Source: Spirochaetia bacterium (GTDB lineage: Bacteria; Spirochaetota; Spirochaetia; CAKZLE01). Taken from it: a stretch of DNA of 64,000 nucleotides. The position numbers were made by a program, and so were the translations under genes. Location of the stretch: contig OY782041.1 in assembly GCA_963677595.1 (NCBI GenBank), forward strand, positions 1-64,000. The letters are read 5' to 3'. Of this stretch, positions 1 to 9,624 are shown piece after piece. The notes beneath the pieces were generated by a model. The model saw nothing but the letters and a program-made list of their open reading frames with translations. It was not told the origin of the DNA and did not search any database. Position 1 is the stretch's first letter; every line of letters starts with the position of its first letter.

Positions 1-1113
1 CTCTCCATCGAGGGGGAGATCTCTAATTTCCGCCCGGCGAGCACGGGCACTGGTACTTCACCCTCAAGGACTCCCAGGCAGCCATCTCCGCTGTCATGTT
101 CAAGAACAGGATCTTCCGTACGAAGCTGAAGCCCCGCGAGGGGATGAAGGTGCGGGTATCGGGATCCCTCTCCCTCTACGCACCGAGAGGAAGCTACCAG
201 GTCATTTGCGAGTCCATCGATGAGATCGGTTCCGGGGACATCCTCCAGGAGCTCGAGGAGCGAAAGCGGCGCCTTGCCGCAGAGGGCTCTTCGACCCTGA
301 ACGCAAGAGGCCGATCCCCCTGATACCGAAGCATGTCGCAGTGATCACCTCCCCGACCGGGGCTGCCCTGAGGGATATCCTCCAGTCATCGGCAGGAGGA
401 ACGCAGGCCTTACCGTCTCGGTCCTCCCCGCCGCCGTGCAGGGAGAGGCTGCTGCCGGGCAGCTTACAGACATGCTCTCCTATGCGATCGACCACCAGAT
501 AGGAGAGGTCATCATCCTCGGGCGCGGGGAGGTTCGTCGAGGACCTGCTCCCCTTCTCCGATGAGCTGCTCGTCAGGACTGATCGCCGACTCCCCCATAC
601 CGGTCATCTCGGCTGTCGGCCATGAGATCGACTGGGCGCTGAGCGACTACGCCGCGGACTTGCGAGCCCCTACCCCCTCTGCTGCAGACAGAACTCGTGA
701 CCGCTGAAGCCGGTGCGGTCAGCGAACGGTCAACACTGCAGCAGAACAGGTGATCCGGGAGATGCACAGGAAGACCGAACTGCTCAGGATGAAGCTGCAG
801 ATGGGAACACGGAAGCATGACCGAGAGGATCACCAGGAGGATCGACGAGCATCACCTGCAGGTCCATGACCATACGACGGTGATCACCGAGCTCATCAGC
901 ACCCAGAGAGGAGAGTTCCGGCACAGGATGGAACTCGCCCGACGGGCGATCGAACTCAGCTCGCCGAAGGACTGCTGGAACGCGGCTGGTCATTGACCGT
1001 CGATGAACGGACCGGGAATCCGGTCACCACCATAGAACAGATAACTGAAGGGATGAGGGTCAGGACCCATGTGACTGACGGCTCCTTCATCTCCGAGGTA
1101 CGAGAGGTATAGC
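1..1113 (+). CDS. xseA: Exodeoxyribonuclease VII large subunit, 5'-truncated and broken by several frameshifts
   Basis: Motif fragments across frames: [73 protein letters not shown]. Directly upstream of xseB. Confidence 0.9.
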
Positions 1114-1116
1114 AGG

Positions 1117-1345
1117 ATGAAGACATTCGAACAGCGGCTCGAACGGCTGGAAGCCATCAGTGCGAAGATGAAGGAGCAGGGCCTCCCCCTGCATGAGTCC
1201 CTTGCCCTCTTCGAAGAGGGGATCGCCCTGTCGAAAGAGCTCGAAAAAGAGCTCGCAGAATTGAACAACGTGTACAGATTCTTGTATCCTCTCCCAATGG
1301 ACCGGGCCAAGCTCCGAGTTCAAGACTTTTGATGAGGACCTGTAG
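1117..1345 (+). CDS. xseB: Exodeoxyribonuclease VII small subunit (one frameshift near 1260)
   Basis: MKTFEQRLERLEAI...LPLHESLALFEEGIALSKELEKEL, continuing as EQRVQIL in another frame to TAG at 1343-1345. Confidence 0.88.
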
Positions 1346-1347
1346 AC

Positions 1348-2209
1348 ATGAACAAGATCATCTTCCTGATCCAGACCAATGACCAGAGGGGCTGCTCGCC
1401 GACATAACCGGCTACTTCTACACCAAGGGATTCAACATCCTGCACTGCCAGCAGCATACCGACTCCCGGGCAAAGAAGTACTACATGCGGCTCGAACTCG
1501 ACATGAAGGACCTCGCCACCTCACGGGGCGAACTCCAGGGCTGATTTCGCGAGATTCGCAGAACCAAGGGAGCTCGACTGGTCATGCAGCTTCTCTGACA
1601 ACATCCAGCGGGTCGCCATCCTCTGTTCCAAGGCCTCGCACTGTCTCTACGACATCATCATGCGGCAGAGGAGGAGGATATACGGTGCGAGATCCCGCTG
1701 ATCATCAGCAACCACCCGGACCTCGAGTATGTCGCTGACCAGTTCAAGATCCCCTTCTACTGCCTGCCGGTTAACAAGGATTCCAAGGAGCAGCAGGAGA
1801 CACAGATCATCGAACTGCTGCAGCGCCACCATATAGACCTCGTCGTCCTCGCACGCTACATGCAGATCCTGACCCCGGGTTCAATAAACAGCTATGCCGG
1901 GAGGATCATCAACATCCACCACGCATTCTTGCCCGCCTTTCCAGGGAGCCAACCCCTACCTGCGGGCATACCAGCGGGGAGTCAAGATGATCGGGGCAAC
2001 AGCCCACTATGCAACCGAGGACCCTCGACCAGGGGCCGATCATCGAGCAGGACGTATACCGGGTCAACCATGAACTGACCCCGGTGGGGCCTGAAGAAGG
2101 TCGGGAAGGATGTAGAACGGATCGTCCTCTCTCGTGCCGTGCAGGCTCACCTCGAGGGACGGGTCATCATCTCAGGGAACCGGACGGTAGTATCTCTGCG
2201 GAACACTGA
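1348..2209 (+). CDS. purU: Formyltetrahydrofolate deformylase (frameshifted)
   Basis: ACT-like N-terminus, then [60 protein letters not shown] in alternating frames. Confidence 0.9.
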
Positions 2210-2329
2210 TTGGTACGACACGTTCGTGTTGGCACGATCTTGCAAGCCAAGCTTGTTTTTTTACATGGTTGGGCAAACGATGATATCGTACTCGTTCTTG
2301 CAAGCCCAAGCTTGCGGGTTGCAGGCTAA

Positions 2330-2755
2330 TCTTGAGCGATGGCATCGATAAGGACACGATCGAGAAGCCGGGCACAGCCCGTGTGAAGGCTCCCTGGTTC
2401 AGCTCGATCGCCGCGATCACCGCACCGGGAGAGTAGACAGGCTCGAGGGACTCAGGCCCAGGTCAGTGATGCCGGTGATCCTCCCGGCACTGTCGACCCA
2501 GGCGAGTGAGAGCGGTATAGAGGTGTCCTTCATCCAGAAGGCGACCTCCTGCGGCTCTTCGAAGAGGAAGAGCATCCCAGCAGAGGCTGCAAGCTCCTCC
2601 CTTCCCGACAGACCGACCCTCCGGCTCTCATCGTCGGCAGCTACCTCAAGATGGAAGGTCTCCCTACCGATCCTGACCGCGACACTGCGGCCTCCGGCCT
2701 GTCCTCCTGTCGTGGAGCAGGAGAGCAGCAGGGAGGCAGCCAGTACTAAGGCCAT
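2330..2755 (-). CDS. DUF192 family exported (lipo)protein (frameshifted; 3' end approximate)
   Basis: Lipobox LLLSC; LEVA...RRVGLSGR...GMLFLF...[16 protein letters not shown], then AIELNQG in another frame. Confidence 0.8.
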
Positions 2756-2759
2756 TGCC

Positions 2760-3876
2760 TTACCGAAGGTTTCTCAGGGTTGAGTCCGATGAACGCTTCA
2801 TGCACGAACACCCCGTCCTTCCTGATCAATTCCCCGTCGATCCATATCTCGCCGCCGCCGTATTCCGGGGTCTGTATGCAGACGAGGTCCAGTGGACCGC
2901 ACTCTTGTTCCCGTTATAGCAGTCGTCATAGGCCATGCCCGGCGTGAAGTGGAAGGAGCCGGCGATCTTCTCATCGAAGAGCGTGTTGTCCATCGGGAAG
3001 GTGATCTCGGGGTTGCAGCCGAGGGCGAACTCCCCGACATTCCGTGCCCCCTCATCGGTATCGAAGACGGCATTGATCCGCTCGGTATCGTTGGCCGTCG
3101 CCTTCACGATCTTCCCGTCGGAGAACTCGAGGCAGACATCGCGGAAGGTGAACCCCTTGAACGTAGATGGCGTGTTGTAGGTGATGACACCGTTCACGCT
3201 CTCCTTTACCGGGCAGCTGTAGACTTCCCGTCGGGGATTTTCATCTCCCGTCGCACTTGATCGCCCCGAGTCCCTTGATGGAGAAGGTGAGGTCGGTCCC
3301 CGGCCCCGTGATATGGACCTTGTCCGCCTGCGCCAGGTACGCGACTGCCGCATCCATCGCATTAGACATAGCCGAGTAATCAACTTCTGTGCAGACCCGG
3401 TAGTAGTAGTTCTCGAACTCGACGGTGGACATCCCGGCATTGAAGGCCATGATATCGGTCGGGTACCGCAGGACGACCCAGCGAGTGTCCGGCACCCTTA
3501 TATCAGTATGGACGGGCCGACTGTAGTTCAAGGGCGTAGAGGCGTGCCTGCTCATCCGGCAGGTCGGCGGTCCTCCCTGCTGTTTCTCGGTCCCCTGATC
3601 CCGATGAAGGCATCCATCTTCTTCATCCGGTAGGAGTCGCAGTCGGCCCAGAGCCCGAGGCTCTCCTGCGATGCCCCCTTCATCATGGCGCGGTCAAGCC
3701 GCTCGGATTCGATATTGACCAGGGGATACCCGCCTGCCGCATAGACGCATCCACGAGTTCCTCGACCACCTCGAGCGGCACATCCACCGCATTGATGAGG
3801 CAGGATTCCCCAGCCTTCAGCCGTATGGATAGTTCACCAGCAGTTCAGCCAGCTTCCTGTCACGTATATCTCTCAT
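2760..3876 (-). CDS. M29 family aminopeptidase (AmpS/PepS type), frameshifted
   Basis: [16 protein letters not shown] start; [53 protein letters not shown]. Confidence 0.88.
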
Positions 3877-3999
3877 ATAACACACTCCTGCTTTCATTGT
3901 ACGTACGCGAATGGTCAGTATACCATGGCGGCATGGTTCGTTCAACAGCGTGAAAAATCTGTTTGCGGCATCCTCTTCTCTTAACAATCATCACTGAAT

Positions 4000-4944
4000 G
4001 TGTATAATCATCAGTATGCAGACGATACGATAAACACCTATAACTCCCCCACGGTCATCCTGGAACTCATCTACCGGCTCAAGGTCAAGGAGGTCATGTG
4101 CGACCAGCTCATCACGGCTAGCCGCCACACCACCCTCCGGGAGATCCAGGGGATCATGCGAAAGGAATCGATCACCGGGGTGCCGATCGCCGAGGGGAAA
4201 CGGCCTGTTGGGCATCATCAGCATGGATGACATCATCCAGGCGCTTGACCGGGGCTATATCGAGGAGGAGGCCGGGAAGTACATGTCCTCGAAGCTCATC
4301 GTGCTCGAGGATGACATGCCCGTCTCCTTTGCCATCACCTACTTCGACCGCTACCCCTTCCACCGGTTCCCCGTACTGAACCGGAAGAAGGAGCTCGTCG
4401 GCATCGTCACCTCAAGGGATATCACGACGAGGCTGCTCCTCGAGATCAACCGGGAGATCGACCAACTCGAGCGGGAGACGGGCTACGACCGGAAGGAAGG
4501 TGACCAGACCTACCACGTGCGGACCTTCACCGTCCTGAAGCATGATTTCGAGAACGCTGGCTTCGCGTCCACGGAGATCAAGAAGCGGCTGAAGAAAGAC
4601 GGGAGGGACCCCCGGATCATCAGGCGGGCTGCTATCGCCTCCTATGAGCTCGAGATCAACCTCGTCGTCCATGCGGGACGGGGGGGGAGATCATCGCGAC
4701 CTTCGAGCCGGGCTGCATCACGATATGAGGCCAGGGACACAGGTCCCGGCATCCCCAATGTCGACCAGGCGCTGCAGGAGGGCTACTCCACGGCGAACGA
4801 GTGGATACGATCCCTCGGGTTCGGTGCAGGGCATGGGCCTGCCCAACGTGAAGCGTGTCTCAGATGAATTCTCCATCACATCCTCCCTGGCAGCAGGGAC
4901 GCATGTCATCTCCAAGATGACAATACTGATTAATGAGGGTAGAG
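4000..4944 (+). CDS. CBS-pair protein fused to anti-sigma-type Ser/Thr kinase (HATPase_c), frameshifted
   Basis: CBS motifs (LKVKEVM, ITGVPI, FPVLNRKKELVGIVTSRDI) followed by AGFASTEIKKRL...RRAAIASYELEINLVVH...DTGPGIPNVDQALQEGYSTA...GFGAGMGLPNVKR. Confidence 0.85.
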
Positions 4945-4946
4945 CT

Positions 4947-5274
4947 ATGAAATTACAGGAAATCGAGACCAAGCTCGGGTATACCGCGGTTACCCTTCCC
5001 CACCCTGAGACTGAGATCACCGGAGCCTACACCTCTGACCTCCTGAGCGACGTCATGGGGAACGCCCCCGAGGATTCGGTCCTCATCACCATCCAGGGCC
5101 ATAAGAACACCATAGCCGTCTCATCGCTCGTCGGGATACAGGCCGTGATCCTCTGCAATCGGCGATCCGCCCCCGATGATATGAGTGATGCGGCACGCAA
5201 GGAGGGGGATCGCCATCTTCTCCACCTCCGACAGCCAGTTCACGGCATCCTGCAGGATCGGGGAGCTGCTCTAG
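4947..5274 (+). CDS. DRTGG-domain protein
   Basis: GAYTSDLLSDVMGNAPEDSVLITIQGHKNTIAVSSLVGIQAVILC, typical of small DRTGG proteins; frameshift near the 3' end. Confidence 0.8.
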
Positions 5275-5285
5275 CAGCCCGTACG

Positions 5286-5993
5286 ATGAACAGGTACCGG
5301 GTCGACCTCCATAACCATTCCTGCCTCAGCCCCCTGCGGGTCGCTCGAGCAGTCCCCTGCCGTCATGGCCAGGGAGGGCGAAGCGGATGGGGATCGACAT
5401 GATGGCTATCACCGACCACAACGCAGCCGGTAACTGCCCCGCCTTCGGGCAGTGCTGCGCCGAGGCAGGCATCGTACCCGTCTTCGGGATGGAGGTGACC
5501 ACCGCTGAGGAGATCCATGTCGTCTGCCTCTTCCCCACCGCCGACCGGGCACTCGAGTTCGGCCGATATATCGAGTTCCTCCTTCCCGACATCCCGAACG
5601 TGCCTGACCTCTTCGGCGACCAGGTCATCGTCGATGCAGAAGAGAACGTACTCGGCTTCGTGGAGAAGAACCTGATCAGCAGCACGGAGATAACGCTATG
5701 AGGAGCTGATCGAGGAGGTCTTCAGCGGCGACGGGATCGTCTTCCCGGCCCATATAGATCGGTTAGCCTTCAGCGTCACCTCACAGCTCGGCTTCCTGCC
5801 CGACTTGCACTACTCCGCAGTCGAGGTGGTCCGGTACCCGACCCGCTTCGAGACCTGGGAGAACACCATCATCCGCAGCTCGGATGCCCACTACCCGGAG
5901 GATATCGGGAAGCGGACCACGGTCATCGAGGCGGAGACCCTCGATTTCAACCATCTCAAAGAGGCACTTGCAGCGAAACGAGTCTATCTTTAG
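5286..5993 (+). CDS. PHP-domain metallophosphoesterase (frameshifted)
   Basis: VDLHNHSCLSP, AITDHN, GMEVTTAEEIHVVCLF, PAHIDR, SSDAHY. Confidence 0.87.
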
Positions 5994-6550
5994 GCAGCGA
6001 AGACGAAGAGGAGCACCCCCAGCGCAGCTGAGATGATCACGCAGTAGATAGGATGGACCTTGAAGCGTTTGGAGAGGATCCCGATCACCAGAAGGATGAC
6101 CACTCCCTGCCAGTGTACGGCGAACTCCCCCTTACGCAGGTCCCCGGCGAAGACCGACATGGAGGCGAAGAACATCACCGCTGACCCGATCATCCCGATC
6201 GCAGCCGGCCTGATCGTCGACAATGCCGCCTGCAGTACCCGGTTTGACTTGAACTTCTCGATCATGTGTCCCGCGATGACGATGATGACCAGGGACGGGA
6301 CGACCAGGCCGATCGTGGCCAGGATCCCCCCGAACACCCCATAGGTGCGGAAGCCGATGAAGGTCGCCGCATTGACCGCGATAGGGCCCGGGGTCATCTG
6401 CGACACGGCCACGATGTCAGCGAACTCGGCAGGGTTGAGCCAGTCATGGCTGATGATCTCCCGCTGGATGAGCGGGATCATCGCATAGCCGCCGCCGAAC
6501 CCGAAGAGGCCGATCCTCGTGAAGGTCAGGAAGAGGTCAAGTATTCCCAT
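5990..6550 (-). CDS. chrA: Chromate transporter ChrA, short-chain subunit
   Basis: RIGLFGFGGGYAMIPLI...VSQMTPGPIAVNAATFIG. Confidence 0.9.
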   Translation of the reverse strand: MGILDLFLTFTRIGLFGFGGGYAMIPLIQREIISHDWLNPAEFADIVAVSQMTPGPIAVNAATFIGFRTYGVFGGILATIGLVVPSLVIIVIAGHMIEKFKSNRVLQAALSTIRPAAIGMIGSAVMFFASMSVFAGDLRKGEFAVHWQGVVILLVIGILSKRFKVHPIYCVIISAALGVLLFVFAA

Positions 6551-7112
6551 GGTTTCGTACCGTCCTCATTCCGTGGATCGTCAGCCCGAGGGCTGCGGTG
6601 AAGATGATGACCAGGGCCGCATGGACATCGAAGAACCAGACAGCAGTGAAGCTCGCTGCCGCCAATACCGCCTTGAAGGGCGAGGTCAGCACCTTCTTCC
6701 CCAGCCTGATACCTGCCAGGCCGATCATGGCGGTAACCCCTGAACGGATCCCCATGAACGCCCCCTGGATGTAGAGGTTGTCCTGTACGGAGACATAGAA
6801 CAGGGCGAAGATGGTGATGATGATCAGGGACGGGAGCATCATGCCGATCGCGGCAAGGACTGCCCCGGGAAGCCCGGCGACCTTATAGCCGATGAACATC
6901 GAGGTATTGAAGGCGATCACCCCTGGAAGGGACTGCACGATCGCGAGGATGTCGATCATCTCCTCCTCGCTCACCCACTTGCGCCTGGAGACGAACTCCT
7001 TCTCGATGATCGGGAGCATGGCTAGCCCGCCGCCTATGGTGAAGGCGCCGATACGGAAGAAGGTCTCGAGAAGGATCAATGATCGCTTGAACGGTGAAAT
7101 ATCAGCATACAT
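6537..7112 (-). CDS. chrA: Chromate transporter ChrA, short-chain partner subunit
   Basis: FFRIGAFTIGGGLAMLPII...VQSLPGVIAFNTSMFIGY; overlaps its paralogue. Confidence 0.9.
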   Translation of the reverse strand: MYADISPFKRSLILLETFFRIGAFTIGGGLAMLPIIEKEFVSRRKWVSEEEMIDILAIVQSLPGVIAFNTSMFIGYKVAGLPGAVLAAIGMMLPSLIIITIFALFYVSVQDNLYIQGAFMGIRSGVTAMIGLAGIRLGKKVLTSPFKAVLAAASFTAVWFFDVHAALVIIFTAALGLTIHGMRTVRNHGNT

Positions 7113-7189
7113 GCAGGGGTTCCCTCTGTGTTACGTGGTTGGACACAGTATACCGGGAACCCCTGTATTATGCAATCTTACGAGTGTCG

Positions 7190-7894
7190 TTAGTTGCGTC
7201 TTCCGAATATCCTGAGGATGAAGAGGAAGATGTTGATGAAGTCGAGATAGAGCTTGAGTGCTCCCATGATCGAGAGCTTCACATAGGTCTCTTCGTCCAT
7301 CGAGGAGCCGTAGGTGTCATTCCATCGCCTGATCGTCTGGGTATCCCAGGCGGTGAGACCGAGGAAGATGAGCACCCCGACGTAGGAGATCAGGTAGTAG
7401 GTGGTCGAACTGCCGATGAAGAGGTTGATGACGCTGGCGATGATGATGCCCCACAGCCCCATGATCAGGTAGTGGCCCATGCCGTCAAGCGACCGCTTCG
7501 TGGTCATGCCGAAGAGGCTCATCCCGGCGAAGGCTGCCGCGGTGGTGAAGAACGCCCGTGATATGACCATGCCCGTATAGGCTAAGAAGATGCTCGAGAG
7601 GACGATCCCGTTGACAGCGGCATAGCCGATGAATGCCAGCACCGCCGACTGGGCGCTCATCTTGTCGAGACGAGAGGAGATGTAGATCACCAGCCCCAGC
7701 TCTGCGAAGATGAGGAGGAGGAAGACTCCCGGAGTACCAAAGATGGCCCTAAGGAGCGTCGGTGAGGATGCCACGAAATAGGCGACGATGCCGGTGAGGG
7801 CGAGCCCCCCGGTCATCCAGAGATATACGTTCCGCAGGATGTTCCGTTCCCTGACGATCGGGTTCTGCAGGATCTGTTCACGTGAATAGGCCAT
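7190..7894 (-). CDS. Bax inhibitor-1/YccA family membrane protein
   Basis: RNVYLWMTGGLALT...LIFLGLTAWDTQTI...GALKLYLDFINIFLFILRIFG; GGAGG RBS before ATG at 7894. Confidence 0.92.
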   Translation of the reverse strand: MAYSREQILQNPIVRERNILRNVYLWMTGGLALTGIVAYFVASSPTLLRAIFGTPGVFLLLIFAELGLVIYISSRLDKMSAQSAVLAFIGYAAVNGIVLSSIFLAYTGMVISRAFFTTAAAFAGMSLFGMTTKRSLDGMGHYLIMGLWGIIIASVINLFIGSSTTYYLISYVGVLIFLGLTAWDTQTIRRWNDTYGSSMDEETYVKLSIMGALKLYLDFINIFLFILRIFGRRN

Positions 7895-7970
7895 GTGTGT
7901 ACCTCCATGCGTATGGTCTGTTATAAGAATCATCACTATTCGAGAAAAAATCAATAGAGATTATGATTTC

Positions 7971-9383
7971 TCAATCAAAATACCAGGGATGGTCACTCCC
8001 GTCCCGGGAGATTCCGTAGATCGTGTCCTTGAAATCCCAGAAGAGGAAATCGACCCCCGTCTCAGCGGCAAGGGCCCTCGCCTCATCGGCGAACTCCATA
8101 TAGTCCGAGGTGATCATGATATAGTCCGGCTCATAGCGCCGGATGATCTCGGACATCTCCGCCTCGAAGAGGGGATAGATGAACCCTGACCCGAGAAGGA
8201 ACGAGGGAAGTCCCGGGAAGTTGAGGGCGGCGAGCCCCCAGCTCTCATCCTCCCTGATCATCTCCTTCAGGAGATCAGCATTCTTGTAATAGAGGGTCAT
8301 GTAGCTTACCGGGGTACTGTCAGAGAACTCCTCCCTCGCTGAGTCGAGGAACTGCTGCATAGCCTCCTCCCCCTCCCCGATGAGCTTCACCTCCAACAGG
8401 GTACCTCCCCGTTCGCGGAAGGGGATGAGGGTGTCTGCCACCTCCTGCATCGTGAGGGCCCGCGTCCCGGCGAAATCGCTGGAGAACCACCTCCCCATGT
8501 CCAGACGTGAGATCTCACCGGAGGTGAGCTCATCGATCGAGTCGAACATGCCGATGTACCGCAGGAAGGAGAGGTCATGGATCGCCATGTACTCCCCGTC
8601 CGAGGTGACGTTCATGTCTGTCTCGATGAACGTGATATCGTCCCGCTCCAGTGCATAGAGGAGCGCCGCCGCCGAGTTCTCGGGAGCATGCATCATCGTG
8701 CCGCGGTGAGCTCCGACATAGTCCCACTCCAACTCTGCTGCACGGTCGAGGGGCGGGTCGTAATGGGAGATGCCCGCCGCGAGGGTCACACCAAAACCTT
8801 CTGATACCGAGCACCGGAGGCTCAGGAACCGGTCGACTCGCACATCGAGCGTCACATCCCAGTCGAGCAGGCTCCCCTCACCGATCCCGTAGACCGTCTC
8901 CCCGCGGAGCGTGAACCCCTCAGTCGACCAGGTGAGGGCATTCTGGAACCTCATGGTATCCTCATAGAAGCGGAATCCATGCGACAGGTTGCCGAACCGG
9001 GACCCGATGGTGAGGAATTTGTCCACGGAACGGTCCCCGAACATATCGAGGGTGACGCCGATCGATACGGTCTGCAGCAGGTTGAAGGTATTGTAGGCAT
9101 CAAAATAGCCGAACTGGGTATCGGTACCGAACCCGAAGAAGAAGGGCGTGGGACGGTGCATGGGAAGTCCGGAGAGGACCGAGAAGTGCCCCGGATGGAT
9201 ATCGAGGATCAGGGGGAAGTCCCCGGTGAAGATGTCGTAATAGATCTCCCCTGCACCCTCCTCTGACAGGTAGGTGCCGCCTGCGAAGAGGTACTTCTCC
9301 TGGGAGGTCCTCCCGAGATCATAGGCATGGCAGAAAGAGATCCCCGCAAACAGCAGGAACCATGATATTCTCATTATTTTCAT
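7971..9383 (-). CDS. Exported glycerophosphodiester phosphodiesterase with a long N-terminal extension
   Basis: Signal peptide; GAHRG...APENSAAAL...IETDMNVTSDGEYMAIHD GDPD motifs starting near aa 225. Confidence 0.82.
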   Translation of the reverse strand: MKIMRISWFLLFAGISFCHAYDLGRTSQEKYLFAGGTYLSEEGAGEIYYDIFTGDFPLILDIHPGHFSVLSGLPMHRPTPFFFGFGTDTQFGYFDAYNTFNLLQTVSIGVTLDMFGDRSVDKFLTIGSRFGNLSHGFRFYEDTMRFQNALTWSTEGFTLRGETVYGIGEGSLLDWDVTLDVRVDRFLSLRCSVSEGFGVTLAAGISHYDPPLDRAAELEWDYVGAHRGTMMHAPENSAAALLYALERDDITFIETDMNVTSDGEYMAIHDLSFLRYIGMFDSIDELTSGEISRLDMGRWFSSDFAGTRALTMQEVADTLIPFRERGGTLLEVKLIGEGEEAMQQFLDSAREEFSDSTPVSYMTLYYKNADLLKEMIREDESWGLAALNFPGLPSFLLGSGFIYPLFEAEMSEIIRRYEPDYIMITSDYMEFADEARALAAETGVDFLFWDFKDTIYGISRDGSDHPWYFD

Positions 9384-9484
9384 TAGGTTTCACCACAATA
9401 TATACGCATTCACTCACCATCAAAAAGGCTATTCTTTCAGGAAACGGAATAAGTTTCAACCAGGTTCAGTCACATTCTCCATCC

Positions 9485-9588
9485 CGACTGATTGCGACAG
9501 CAATTTGTAACACTGATTACAACAGCAATTTGTAACGACTAATTGCGACAGCAATTTGTAACGACTAATTGCGACAGCAATTTGTCGC
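9485..9588. repeat. Tandem array of four ~26-bp repeats CGACT(G/A)ATTGCGACAGCAATTTGTAA
   Basis: Units at 9485-9510, 9511-9535 (25 bp, divergent), 9536-9561, 9562-9588. No spacers. Confidence 0.95.
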
Positions 9589-9624
9589 TTCTACTTTTCC
9601 CCCTCTTGTACTATAATCTTCCCC

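Noticed and set aside
2230-2244. sigma54 promoter TGGCACGATCTTGCA
   Set aside because: GG-to-GC spacing is 9 rather than 10, and no downstream gene has that orientation. An indel error cannot be excluded.
4644-5402. Kinase-DRTGG-PHP read-through fusion ORF
   Set aside because: It is stitched across indels in the error-prone zone; DRTGG and PHP have their own plausible starts.
1-5993. Programmed frameshifting or stop-codon recoding
   Set aside because: Shifts are numerous, irregular, hit unrelated genes and are confined to one end, which fits sequencing error.
9485-9588. CRISPR array
   Set aside because: The repeats are contiguous with no unique spacers, and no cas genes are present in the window.
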